A stretch of 64,000 bases of DNA from an uncultured Candidatus Saccharibacteria bacterium (GTDB lineage: Bacteria; Patescibacteriota; Minisyncoccia; Phycocordibacterales; SBAW01): NCBI GenBank assembly GCA_964349675.1, contig CAYGHD010000001.1:2273-66272 (forward strand). The letters run 5' to 3'. The translations under genes and the position numbers were made by a program. Shown here in pieces: positions 37,002 through 46,468 of the stretch. Position 1 is the stretch's first letter. Each line of letters begins with the position of its first letter. Below the pieces are notes generated by a model. It saw only the letters and a program-made list of their open reading frames with translations, did no database searches and had not been told where the DNA came from.

Positions 37002-38288
37002 ATGAGCGACATTGCAAAACGCACCACCTGCCGCATTTCTGGCGAACCATTGGTTGAACTTTTTTCTATCGGAGACCACTATGTGTCAGATTTTTTACCA
37101 GAAGGTGCCTCACCGCGCGGGGAAAAAGTGCCCCTTACTCTGTGCTTGGCTCCAGAGTCGGGTCTAGTGCAGTTGGCGCATACTGCGCCTTTTGACCAAA
37201 TGTATGAAGAGTATTGGTATCGCTCTGGCACCAATGAATCGATGGTTGAAGAATTGCGCCAAATAGCAACGTCGAGCGTACGGCTGATGCGGCTCCAGCC
37301 GGGAGATGTATTTGTAGATATTGCTTGCAATGACGGCACCCTTTTTTCTTTCGTGGACCCTTCGATTGTACGCGTCGGTATTGATCCTGCAAAAAATACG
37401 TTCCGCGAAGCGGACATGGCGCGTTTTTCATTGTTTATCAACGATTATTTTTCTGCAAAAGCATATAAGGATTCGTCATTTGGAAAAACAAAAGCAAAAT
37501 TGGTAACCACCATCGCGATGTTTTATGACCTAGAAGATCCGCATGCTTTTGTTAATGATGTTGCTGAAATTTTGGATGACAATGGGTTGTGGATTATTCA
37601 GATGAGCTACCTGCCGCTCATGCTGCGGCAACTAGCCTTCGATAATATTTGTCACGAGCATCTCGAATACTATACGCTGGAGGCGATGCAATATCTCCTA
37701 TCCAAACACAACATGGAGGTAGTGGATTGCCAACTTAATGATGCGAATGGAGGCAGTTTCCGTGTCTATATCCGCAAAGCGGGCGCTGACCCGACAACAT
37801 TTGCAACGGCGCCGTATCGGGATGTTGCTCAGTACAGAGTTAATGCAGTGCTTGCATACGAAAAAGAGTTGCAGTTGAAGGACCCGCAAACGTACATTGA
37901 TTTTTATAACAAAGCCTGTGCGTTGCGCGATGAGACCCTTGCCTTCATGCGTGCAGAAAAAGCAAAAGGCAAAACAATATGGGCCTATGGCGCATCCACT
38001 AAAGGGAATACGCTCTTGCAATGGTGGGGGCTCGACCACACGCTTATCGACGGCATTTCAGAACGGCAGCCCATGAAGTTTGGCCGTCGAACCGTTGGTA
38101 CAAATATTCCCATCTACTCAGATGAAGATATGCGCAAAGCAAACCCGGACTATCTCCTGGTGCTTCCGTGGCATTTTATTGAATCTTTTGTCCGCCGTGA
38201 AAAAGAGTTTTTAGCAAAGGGCGGGAAGTTTATCGTCCCTTGTCCGCGCTTTGAAGTTATTGGTAAAGAAGGAACGCTCACTAGCTAG
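37002..38288 (+). CDS. NDP-hexose C-methyltransferase-like class I SAM methyltransferase (TylC3/Methyltransf_13+14 architecture)
   Basis: N-terminus MSDIAKRTTCRISGEPLVELFSIGDHYVSDF (degenerate zinc ribbon); central SAM-MT fold; C-terminal WAYGASTKGNTLLQWWGL (C-methyltransferase C-terminal domain motif). Confidence 0.55.
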   Translation: MSDIAKRTTCRISGEPLVELFSIGDHYVSDFLPEGASPRGEKVPLTLCLAPESGLVQLAHTAPFDQMYEEYWYRSGTNESMVEELRQIATSSVRLMRLQPGDVFVDIACNDGTLFSFVDPSIVRVGIDPAKNTFREADMARFSLFINDYFSAKAYKDSSFGKTKAKLVTTIAMFYDLEDPHAFVNDVAEILDDNGLWIIQMSYLPLMLRQLAFDNICHEHLEYYTLEAMQYLLSKHNMEVVDCQLNDANGGSFRVYIRKAGADPTTFATAPYRDVAQYRVNAVLAYEKELQLKDPQTYIDFYNKACALRDETLAFMRAEKAKGKTIWAYGASTKGNTLLQWWGLDHTLIDGISERQPMKFGRRTVGTNIPIYSDEDMRKANPDYLLVLPWHFIESFVRREKEFLAKGGKFIVPCPRFEVIGKEGTLTS

Positions 38289-39214
38289 CTTTGTTTTGAG
38301 AGAAAGTCTGTATATGCTTTCTGCAGGCCTTCAGAGAAGGAAATTTTTGGTTTCCACCCAAGCGCTTGGATACGGCTCACGTCGAGCACTTTTCGCAATA
38401 CGCCCTCTGGTTTAGTCGCGTCAAAAACTAGCTTGCCGGTGTAGCCCACTTCTTTTTTGATGGTCTCGGCTAATTCCCGAATTGAAATTTCAGTACCGCT
38501 GCCGACGTTAATGAACTCTTTTTCGTGATATTGGTCGAGTAAAAAAAGCGCTGCATCTGCAAAGTCATCTACGTACAAAAATTCGCGCAGCACTTGACCG
38601 GTGCCCCAGACCACCACTTCAGGTGCGCCAGAAAGTTTTGCTTCGTGCATGCGTAGCATGAGTGAGCCGATGACGTGGCCGCGTTCGTGGTCAAAATAAT
38701 CACCCTCTCCATACATGTTGCATGGGTTGCAGGAAATAAATTCTTGGCCGAATTGTTTGTAAATATATTCACATAATTTTATCCCAGCGACTTTCGCGAC
38801 AGAGTATGCTTCGTTAGTTGGTTCGAATTTGTTTGAAAGCAAGTATTCTTCTTTCATCGGCTGAGGCGCTTCTTTTGGGTATACGCAGCTAGACGCTAAA
38901 AAGAGTAATTTTTTTACACCCGATAGGTGCGCTTGCCAAACAACGTTATTTTGCATCACCGAGTTTTCATACAAAAACTCCGATGGATACGTGATGCTCT
39001 CTTTAAGTCCGCCTGCGCGGGCAGCTGCATGTATCACGTATTCTGGTTTTTCCTGCTGGTAAAAAAGTGCAGTAGCGCGCGAGTCGAGCAAATCAAGCTC
39101 TGCATGCGTTGGAGCAAAGATATTTGTAAACCCTTGTTTTTTGAGTGCGCGTACCAGCGCCGACCCGACCAGGCCGCGCCCTCCAGTAACAAAAATCCGT
39201 GCTTGTGTATCCAT
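38285..39214 (-). CDS. fcl: GDP-L-fucose synthase (GDP-4-keto-6-deoxymannose 3,5-epimerase/4-reductase) or its ColC-type homolog
   Basis: ARIFVTGGRGLVGSALVRAL ... LLDSRA ... YPKEAPQPMKEEYLLSNKFEPTNEAYSVAKVAGIKLCE: collinear with E. coli Fcl. Confidence 0.8.
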   Translation of the reverse strand: MDTQARIFVTGGRGLVGSALVRALKKQGFTNIFAPTHAELDLLDSRATALFYQQEKPEYVIHAAARAGGLKESITYPSEFLYENSVMQNNVVWQAHLSGVKKLLFLASSCVYPKEAPQPMKEEYLLSNKFEPTNEAYSVAKVAGIKLCEYIYKQFGQEFISCNPCNMYGEGDYFDHERGHVIGSLMLRMHEAKLSGAPEVVVWGTGQVLREFLYVDDFADAALFLLDQYHEKEFINVGSGTEISIRELAETIKKEVGYTGKLVFDATKPEGVLRKVLDVSRIQALGWKPKISFSEGLQKAYTDFLSKQS

Positions 39215-39249
39215 GCCGGATATTCTACCACAGCGCCCTTTTTACAAGC

Positions 39250-40161
39250 ATGTCCTCAAATGGTACTATGCCACCCATGCATGAGTCGCACGATATTACG
39301 ATTGTAGTCTCAAACTACAACGCGTCAGACATTATCGGCGAGGCGCTTCAATCCATTATCGATACCGCAGGGGATGTACGGTTTGATGTGCTTGTTATAG
39401 ATGACGCGTCGACAGATGGCGGGTTTGGCGCAGTGCGCACTCGTTTTGAAAAAGATGAGCGTTTTAGCTTTGTAGAGAACAAAAAAAATGTCGGCGTTTC
39501 AACGCTCAATATAGTGCTTGAGCGGACAGAAGCTCGATACGTCATGACGCTCGACACAGACGCTCGGCTCCACCCAGGCTCGCTTCAGGCAATGATATCG
39601 TTTATGGACAAGACGCCAGGGGCTGGGGCAGCGACCGCAAAACTTCTCAACCGAGATGGGTCAGTGCAAAACTATTATCGTCGCCTCATGACTCCTGTAT
39701 ATTGTTTTTTTACGACTCCAATTGGAAGGGTTTTTGATAAGTACGTATTCAGGCTTCACTACTTTAACCGGTACCACTACAGTGACCTTGATGTGACTCG
39801 CGTGTTTGAGATAGAGCAGCCGCCAGTTGCATGCTTGATCATGCGACGGAGTGCGTTGGGGGAATATATTATGAGCCCTGCATACCACCTCTATTTTATC
39901 GATGTTGATTTTTGCCGCCGCATGTATGCTCGAGGGTATAAGATATTTTTGGTCCCTGATGCGCCGGTTACACATTTAAAATCTGCTGCAGCAAGCAAAC
40001 GTCCGAGCGCTTGGACTCGGCGGCAGTATTACAGCAGTCTACTGACTTACTTTAAACGTAATTACACACTCTGGTACCCGCTGATTTGGATTATAGTGCT
40101 ACTTGATCGTGTCACTCGCGCGCTTATGTTTTCTGTTGTGGGGCGCGAGCCCGTGCGTTAG
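39250..40161 (+). CDS. Glycosyltransferase family 2
   Basis: ITIVVSNYNASDIIGEALQSIID ... VLVIDDASTDG ... LDTDARL; start uncertain (ATGs at 39250/39271/39280; the ORF-track start 39199 overlaps fcl). Confidence 0.6.
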   Translation: MSSNGTMPPMHESHDITIVVSNYNASDIIGEALQSIIDTAGDVRFDVLVIDDASTDGGFGAVRTRFEKDERFSFVENKKNVGVSTLNIVLERTEARYVMTLDTDARLHPGSLQAMISFMDKTPGAGAATAKLLNRDGSVQNYYRRLMTPVYCFFTTPIGRVFDKYVFRLHYFNRYHYSDLDVTRVFEIEQPPVACLIMRRSALGEYIMSPAYHLYFIDVDFCRRMYARGYKIFLVPDAPVTHLKSAAASKRPSAWTRRQYYSSLLTYFKRNYTLWYPLIWIIVLLDRVTRALMFSVVGREPVR

Positions 40162-40165
40162 CTAT

Positions 40166-41395
40166 ATGCCAGACCATATTTACAAAACAACCTGTCGCAT
40201 TTGTGGAGGGTCGGACTTGGTGGAAATACTCGACCTGGGTACGACGCCTCCGGCAAATGCATATCGCAGCAAGGAAGAGTTGCTTTTGCCGGAAGCATCA
40301 TTCCCGCTCGTACTATATTTTTGCAACACCTGTTCACTCGCACAGCTGTTGCATGTGGTTAACCCAGAGATACTTTTTAAAAACTACCATTTTCTAACTG
40401 GTGCAAGCGCTCCGTCAATCGCGCATTTCCAGCAGTATGCTCAGCATGCCGTATTGCCGCATATTCAATCCCCAGAAGACTTGATTATCGATATCGGTGG
40501 GAACGACGGCGTATTATTGAGTTTTTTAAAAGACCATGCTCGGGTTTTAAATGTAGATCCAGCTGATAACTTGGCGGCGTTGTCGAATGCCAGAGGGGTG
40601 CCTTTTTATACAGCATTTTTTACGTCAGCGGTCGCTGATGAGTTGGTGACTCAGTATGGTCAAGCAAAAGTAATAACGGCCAATAACGTTTTCGCTCACA
40701 CCGACCCGCTTCAAGATGTTTTTGCGGGTGTTGCGTCGTTACTCAGAGAAGACGGTGTTTTTATTTTTGAAGTGCATTGGGCGAAGCATCTGCTTGCGGA
40801 TGGGTGCTTTGACCAGATGTACCATGAGCATCTCTGCTTCCACTCGCTCCATGCGCTGACTCGCTTGGTCGAGAACTCCGGTATGCATATTTTCGATGTA
40901 GAGATTGTCCCGATGCAAGGGCAGTCACTACGGGTGTATGTATCAAAACGATTGCCAAAAACAAGTCGGGTTGAAGCTATTCTCGCAGAAGAAAAAGCTG
41001 CCGGGCTGACCACCGCGGATGCGTTTCATGCCTTTGCTAAAACAGTGAGAGCAAACAAGGATGCGGTAGTGACTTTGCTTCAAAATCTTAAAGCGCAAGG
41101 TAAAAAAATCGTAGGGTACGGGGCGCCTGCAAAAGGGAATACGCTGCTTAACTATTACCAAATAGGCACAGAAACGCTCGACTACATAACCGACACCACG
41201 GTCTTAAAACAAGGACTCTATACGCCGGGGACGCATATCCCTATCGTGCCACCAGAGCGCCTCTATACTGAAACACCAGACTATGTGTTGCTGCTTGCGT
41301 GGAACTTCAAAGATGCGATTTTAGAAAAAGAAAAACCACTCAGAGATAAAGGAGTGCAGTTTATCATCACTGCCCCAGACATATCGACAGTGTAA
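40166..41395 (+). CDS. NDP-hexose C-methyltransferase-like SAM methyltransferase (paralog of 37002..38288)
   Basis: TTCRICGGSDLVEILDLG ... YFCNTCSLAQL (intact CxxC...CxxC zinc ribbon); C-terminal VGYGAPAKGNTLLNYYQI; same architecture as the gene at 37002. Confidence 0.55.
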   Translation: MPDHIYKTTCRICGGSDLVEILDLGTTPPANAYRSKEELLLPEASFPLVLYFCNTCSLAQLLHVVNPEILFKNYHFLTGASAPSIAHFQQYAQHAVLPHIQSPEDLIIDIGGNDGVLLSFLKDHARVLNVDPADNLAALSNARGVPFYTAFFTSAVADELVTQYGQAKVITANNVFAHTDPLQDVFAGVASLLREDGVFIFEVHWAKHLLADGCFDQMYHEHLCFHSLHALTRLVENSGMHIFDVEIVPMQGQSLRVYVSKRLPKTSRVEAILAEEKAAGLTTADAFHAFAKTVRANKDAVVTLLQNLKAQGKKIVGYGAPAKGNTLLNYYQIGTETLDYITDTTVLKQGLYTPGTHIPIVPPERLYTETPDYVLLLAWNFKDAILEKEKPLRDKGVQFIITAPDISTV

Positions 41396-41405
41396 ACGCA
41401 TTTCC

Positions 41406-43316
41406 ATGAAAACATTGGTCATCATTTATGAATATGAGCAGGTTGCTGATGTGGTGGCCTATGTGCAGCAGTCTCAGCATGAAGTTGTGGTTGTATCGTG
41501 CAACTACTGGGCTGAAGAAGCGTTGCGCCGCCTTGGTGTTGCAGTAGCACCACTCACTGACTATGTGCCCGTGTGGGCAGATTTTCGCACTTCAGTGAGA
41601 GAAGTAGAGGAATTGTCTCGCTGGTACACATTGCCCTCAATGTCTTTTTTTGCATATAAGCACTTGCGCCTTGGGGAGATGCTCGAAGCAGCGTTCTGTG
41701 GGTACTTGCTGCAGGTGCGTGGATATATAGAGATATACGAGCACATATTTGCAGCACACAAACAGGTAGAGCGGTTAGTTGTGCCGTATTCAACGCAGCG
41801 AGTTACCGCAACTGCAGGGCCGTTTGCGCGCTTTGAAGTGGAGGCCGCTGTGTCGACAGGTGCGTGGTATGCGCAAAAAATGCAACTTGTTTTTGAAACG
41901 CTCGGGGTCTCTCGAGTTGAACAAAAAACACTTTTTCCAAAACAGTCATTTGCCTCGGCGGCATTTTTACGCGTATATAATATGCTCATCCGCCTTTTGC
42001 CGCGCAAACAGTTGAGTATCGTCGTGAGTGACCACTGGCGCAATCTGTCGACTATGGTGGCGCATTTGCCACAAGCAGAGTTTGTTTTTGTCGAACGTAA
42101 AGAGATTACACAAATCCCATGGCGCAAACTTTTAGCACATCGTGTCCGGTTTATTCACCCACTGGACATGACGACTCGGCGGATACGCATACAGGCTAAA
42201 CGCACGCAGCAGACGTTCGCTGCAGCCTGGGCTGAGGCAAAAACGGTATTACCGGCGCTTCCGGGTTTCCAAACGTCACAAGGTTCATGGTTTGAAATTG
42301 TGGAAGGCGCATTTGCGTATATGGTGACGGTGTATGCAGAGCGTATTGTCGCTGATATTGAATCTATGCAACGGCTGCTGTTGAAAGAGCGTGCTGCACG
42401 CGTGCTTATCAGAGCCAGTATTTCCGGCCAGCATCATTTTTTTATTCTGGGAGAGATGTCTCGGCAATTCGGCATCCCATCTATCGAAGTGCAGCATGGT
42501 ATCGGCGTTGGGATTCTTGACCCGCATTCTGCTTTTGGCCATATGCATGCAGATTATGTTGCAGCGTACGGCCCACTTATCCAGCGTGCTTTTGTCCGTA
42601 ATGGATATGCTCCTGAGCGCGTCATACCGACCGGGTCGCCACGTTTTGACCGGTATATACCTGAGCGTGAGGCCTACACTGAAGCCATGCGCCGGGAGCT
42701 GCTTGAGCAGCTCAAACTTTCAGCACAAAAGCCGGTGGTGTGTGTGATTATGCCGACCGAGAGTACTGGCTCTGTGCTGGGTTCAGTCGACTTTTCGTCA
42801 TATGAATTTCGAGACTTCGTACGTGCGCTTAAGGACATACAAACGCAAGTGCCGCATGTGCAATATATTTTGAAATTTCGCTCACCAGAGCAATTGGCCC
42901 GCTACCGCACGTATGTGGAAGGGGTGATGGGGCAAGACGTCGCGTTGGTATCTGGAGACGCGTTTCCATTTGTACTTGCAAGCGATATTGTATACACGTG
43001 TTTTTCTACGCTCGCTGTGGAATGTTTGATAGCAAAAAAACCAGTCATACTGTTTCCGCTCAAGCTTGGTGATATATATTTTTACAATGCTCACAAAGAC
43101 GGCGCCCTTGCTATGCCGCTGCTTGGCAGTGGTGAGGCTATTCCCACAACAGAAATTGCCGCAGTAACACAACGGCTTCTGCAGGATGACACATATTACA
43201 CAGAGGTAGTCGCACGTGGGCAGCGGTATATAGCAGAAAATTTTACCGTGACTGGTGATGCGGCACAACAAGTTGCGGCGTTTGTTGAAAGGGCTGCCTC
43301 GCCCGTAAAAAAGTAG
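41406..43316 (+). CDS. Hypothetical 636-aa protein; C-terminal region GT-B-like (TagF/KpsS-like?)
   Basis: No canonical motif recognised; C-terminal part (VCVIMPTE ... YTCFSTLAVECLIAKKPVILFP) resembles the nucleotide-sugar binding half of GT-B polymer transferases; sits directly upstream of neuB. Confidence 0.3.
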   Translation: MKTLVIIYEYEQVADVVAYVQQSQHEVVVVSCNYWAEEALRRLGVAVAPLTDYVPVWADFRTSVREVEELSRWYTLPSMSFFAYKHLRLGEMLEAAFCGYLLQVRGYIEIYEHIFAAHKQVERLVVPYSTQRVTATAGPFARFEVEAAVSTGAWYAQKMQLVFETLGVSRVEQKTLFPKQSFASAAFLRVYNMLIRLLPRKQLSIVVSDHWRNLSTMVAHLPQAEFVFVERKEITQIPWRKLLAHRVRFIHPLDMTTRRIRIQAKRTQQTFAAAWAEAKTVLPALPGFQTSQGSWFEIVEGAFAYMVTVYAERIVADIESMQRLLLKERAARVLIRASISGQHHFFILGEMSRQFGIPSIEVQHGIGVGILDPHSAFGHMHADYVAAYGPLIQRAFVRNGYAPERVIPTGSPRFDRYIPEREAYTEAMRRELLEQLKLSAQKPVVCVIMPTESTGSVLGSVDFSSYEFRDFVRALKDIQTQVPHVQYILKFRSPEQLARYRTYVEGVMGQDVALVSGDAFPFVLASDIVYTCFSTLAVECLIAKKPVILFPLKLGDIYFYNAHKDGALAMPLLGSGEAIPTTEIAAVTQRLLQDDTYYTEVVARGQRYIAENFTVTGDAAQQVAAFVERAASPVKK

Positions 43317-43390
43317 CGCACCTATTGTTTTCTTGACGTGCTTCGTATAGAGTGGTCTCTAGTTGCAACGCGTAGGGAAGGACCCTAACA

Positions 43391-44386
43391 ATGCGTAATA
43401 TCGTCAAAATCGGCCCCTATTTTGTGGGGGACGGGTATCCTGCTTTGGTGATTGCCGAAATCGGCATCAATCACAATGGGGACATGGATCTCTGCAAGGC
43501 GCTCATCGACCTTGCCGCCGATGCCGGGGCACACGTGGTGAAGTTCCAGAAGCGCTTTATTCCCAGCGTGTTTTCCGCGGAAGAGCTCAATCGTCCGCGC
43601 GACGTGCCACGCGACCTGTTGGAGAAGGCAATCGCGCGGAACGTTATGCCTGACGAAAACATCCGGCGTCTGCGGGAATCTGACTTCAAGGACACGCGCA
43701 ACGGCGACCAGAAGTATGCGTTGGAATTTTCTCTGGCAGAGTACGGAGAAATCGACGCGCACTGTAAGGTGAGGGGCCTGCTTTGGACGGCCTCACCATG
43801 GGACGCCTTGTCTGTCGGCTTCCTTTCGATGCTCGGTGTGCCTTTCTATAAGGTCGCGTCGGCTTCTTTGACCAACGATTTCTTGCTGGGGTGTATTGCT
43901 GCCACGGAGAAACCAGTCGTGCTCTCGACCGGCGGTTCGACCATGGCTATGATCCGCCATGCGGTTGGGCAGCTCGATCGATCCAAGCTGGTGATACTCC
44001 ACTGCACCGCGGCCTACCCCAAAGCAACGTCTTCTGAAGTCCTGGGGATGACCAATCTGCAGGCCATCCACACGCTCCAAAAGGAGTTTCCGGATGTGCC
44101 TATCGGCTTCTCGTCCAACAACTCGGGCATCATGCCCGTGTTCGCGGCGGTTGCCATGGGCGCGAGTATGGTCGAGGTGCACATCACTGCCAATCGGGAG
44201 CTATGGGGGAGCGATCAGGCCAGCTCTGTCGAGCCTACTGATTTTGCGAACCTCTGTCGCTGGGTCCGCGAACATCATCTCTCTCGTGGAGACGGGGTGA
44301 AGCGCGTGTATCCGGCGGAGCAGGAAGCCATGGACAAGCTCCGGACGAACTGGGGCGTCTGGCAGCCGACAGATCTTTTGGGGTGA
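43391..44386 (+). CDS. neuB: N-acetylneuraminate (nonulosonate) synthase family, PEP-condensing
   Basis: IGPYFVGDGYPALVIAEIGINHNGDMDLCKALIDLAADAGAHVVKFQKR is the NeuB/PseI/LegI N-terminal signature; 331 aa. Confidence 0.75.
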   Translation: MRNIVKIGPYFVGDGYPALVIAEIGINHNGDMDLCKALIDLAADAGAHVVKFQKRFIPSVFSAEELNRPRDVPRDLLEKAIARNVMPDENIRRLRESDFKDTRNGDQKYALEFSLAEYGEIDAHCKVRGLLWTASPWDALSVGFLSMLGVPFYKVASASLTNDFLLGCIAATEKPVVLSTGGSTMAMIRHAVGQLDRSKLVILHCTAAYPKATSSEVLGMTNLQAIHTLQKEFPDVPIGFSSNNSGIMPVFAAVAMGASMVEVHITANRELWGSDQASSVEPTDFANLCRWVREHHLSRGDGVKRVYPAEQEAMDKLRTNWGVWQPTDLLG

Positions 44387-44396
44387 ATCACTAGAG

Positions 44397-44426
44397 GTCG
44401 ACGCATTGCGTCGGCCTTTTTCTTTA
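44397..44426 (+). terminator. Rho-independent terminator after neuB
   Basis: ggtcgacgc-att-gcgtcggcc hairpin (9-bp stem, one G-U) followed by tttttcttt, 11 bp after the stop. Confidence 0.5.
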
Positions 44427-44441
44427 TAGAGGTCTTGTAGT

Positions 44442-45188
44442 ATGCTGCCAGGAATGGACGCATATGGACTCATACCAGCGCGCGGCGGTTCCAAAGGGGT
44501 ACCCCGCAAAAACCTACGCGAGCTTGCCGGGTTTCCGCTCATTGCGTATGCCATTGCCGCAAGTTTGCTGAGTCAAAAAATCACTCGCACTATCGTGAGT
44601 ACTGACGATGAAGAAATTGCTGCAGTAGCAAAACAGTTTGGTGCCGAGGTGCCGTTTTTGCGGCCAAGTGAGTTTGCGCGGGATGACTCTCCAGATTTAG
44701 AATTTGTCGAACATGCAATAGCCTGGCTGCGCGAGCATGAGGGCAAAGTCCCCGCCTATTTGGTAGAGCTGCGTGCAACAACGCCATTGCGTAAACCTCA
44801 AGATATTGACCACGCTGTAGCGCTCTTAGATGAGCATCCCGAAGCAACCTCACTGCGCTCTGGATATGAGATACGCGAATCTCCCTATAAATTATTTGGG
44901 ATCGTAGACGGATATTTCACGGGCCTTTTCCCAAATGACCCGCGTCCTGAGTATTACAACTTGCCACGGCAGTCGTTTCCTCCCGTGTATCAGCCAGACG
45001 GGTATGTTGATATTTTAAAAACAAATTATATTGAGGCGAATCATCGCCAACATGGAGACAAAATATTGGCATTTCCCTGCCAAAATACGGGCGAGGTGGA
45101 TACACAAGGAGACTTCGAATTTTTGGAATTTAAAATTAAAAACGATACATGGGAGGTGTATGAGTATTTGCGCAAACACTTCTCCTAA
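44442..45188 (+). CDS. neuA: Acylneuraminate cytidylyltransferase family (CMP-nonulosonate synthetase)
   Basis: GLIPARGGSKGVPRKNLRELAGFPLIAYAI is the NeuA/PseF/LegF-type P-loop; alternative start at 44454. Confidence 0.7.
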   Translation: MLPGMDAYGLIPARGGSKGVPRKNLRELAGFPLIAYAIAASLLSQKITRTIVSTDDEEIAAVAKQFGAEVPFLRPSEFARDDSPDLEFVEHAIAWLREHEGKVPAYLVELRATTPLRKPQDIDHAVALLDEHPEATSLRSGYEIRESPYKLFGIVDGYFTGLFPNDPRPEYYNLPRQSFPPVYQPDGYVDILKTNYIEANHRQHGDKILAFPCQNTGEVDTQGDFEFLEFKIKNDTWEVYEYLRKHFS

Positions 45189-46438
45189 TCTTTGTAGGTA
45201 TTGATGATGTCTTGAATGACTAAGAGGGCTTCTTTGAGCGCTTCGGGAGTAATGGTAAGCGGCGGTGCAAGTTTAATCGAGTTCCTGTTGGTGCATACGG
45301 GGAGCACTCCTTGTTTGATACATTCGTGCACCACAGCAGTGGCAACTTCTGCTTTTTCAAAAATAAGCCCAGCAATAAGGCCGCGTACATTCACGTGTGT
45401 TATGAGCGGAGATGCTTCTAGTTTTTTGAGCTCTTTTTCAAACAAAGGAACAGTTTTTTTGCGCCGCGCAACCTCTGTTTTTGAGCTTAAGAATGTACTA
45501 TTTGCCAACGCTGCCGCAGTGCACACAGGGTTTGCTGAATGAGTGCTGTGCAAGTCTGCGCTAGGGTCGATGTTAAAGAGCTCTTTTCGCGAGAGCACCA
45601 CTGAAAGGGGAAGGGATGAAGAGACTCCTTTTCCCAACGCTACAATATCTGGCGTAAGGTCGCCGTAGGTCATATACCCAAACAAAGGTCCCATGCGATA
45701 CATGCCCGCTTGCATCTCGTCAAAGGCAAGCAGTGCGCCGTTTTGTTTTGCAAAGTGCGCGAGGTCGTTTACAAAAGGCTTCGGATACATCCAAGCGCCC
45801 CATCCTTGAAATGTTTCAAGCACAAATCCCGCGATTTCATTTTTTGGCGGCAATACTTTTGGATCGAATGCGACGGTTTGGTCATATGGAAAGTCGAGGA
45901 ACACAACCGCATCATCTTTGACGCCAGACCACGCAGCTTTCTTTTTGCTTCCAGAGATAAGGTCGTTGCTCAGTCCGCGGCCATGATAGCTGCCATTGAA
46001 TGTAATGATATATTTTTTGCCTGTTTTTTTACCGTACAGTTTAATGAGTTTATGCGCAGTGTCCATTGCCTCAGATCCTGAATTGAGCAGTGTGAGCGTG
46101 TCGAAGTGTTTCGGCGCGAGCGAGAGTAACTTGGTGATGAATCGCTCTTTGATTTTGGTCGGATAGTTGTAGGCAAAAAGCAAATCTGCATCGAGCTGTT
46201 TTTTTATAGCCTGTTTGATATGCGGGTTTGCATGCCCTGCATTGGCCACAAATATCCCGGAAGTTAAGTCTATCCATTTGTTACCCTTGTCGTCCCATAC
46301 GGAAAAGTCTTTTGCTTTGTGCCATGTCAGCGGGATGCTGTTGTGGGTCGACAGCGGCTCGTGGGCGCTAATCTTTCGGTCGAGCAGATTTTTATCCAAG
46401 GAAAAAGAAGGGGAGACGTTTCGATATTTTGTCTTCAT
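45185..46438 (-). CDS. Class-III PLP-dependent aminotransferase (acetylornithine/GABA-AT family)
   Basis: LNSGSEAMDTAHKLIKLYG ... ITFNGSYHGR ... FDEMQAGMYRMGPLFGY ... ALGKGVSSSLPLSVV: class III aminotransferase motifs. Confidence 0.7.
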   Translation of the reverse strand: MKTKYRNVSPSFSLDKNLLDRKISAHEPLSTHNSIPLTWHKAKDFSVWDDKGNKWIDLTSGIFVANAGHANPHIKQAIKKQLDADLLFAYNYPTKIKERFITKLLSLAPKHFDTLTLLNSGSEAMDTAHKLIKLYGKKTGKKYIITFNGSYHGRGLSNDLISGSKKKAAWSGVKDDAVVFLDFPYDQTVAFDPKVLPPKNEIAGFVLETFQGWGAWMYPKPFVNDLAHFAKQNGALLAFDEMQAGMYRMGPLFGYMTYGDLTPDIVALGKGVSSSLPLSVVLSRKELFNIDPSADLHSTHSANPVCTAAALANSTFLSSKTEVARRKKTVPLFEKELKKLEASPLITHVNVRGLIAGLIFEKAEVATAVVHECIKQGVLPVCTNRNSIKLAPPLTITPEALKEALLVIQDIINTYKD

Positions 46439-46468
46439 ATACGCTCGATTGTAGGCTATGATGTGCCT

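Noticed and set aside
43385-44554. Long minus-strand ORFs over neuB (43385..43762, 43793..44182, 44201..44554) and over 51645..52996
   Set aside because: Typical stop-codon-poor antisense ORFs of GC-rich coding DNA; the + strand genes carry clear family motifs.
46319-46468. 150-bp upstream extension of the aldo/keto reductase ORF
   Set aside because: Overlaps the 5' end of the divergent aminotransferase gene; the AKR N-terminal motif begins right after ATG 46469.
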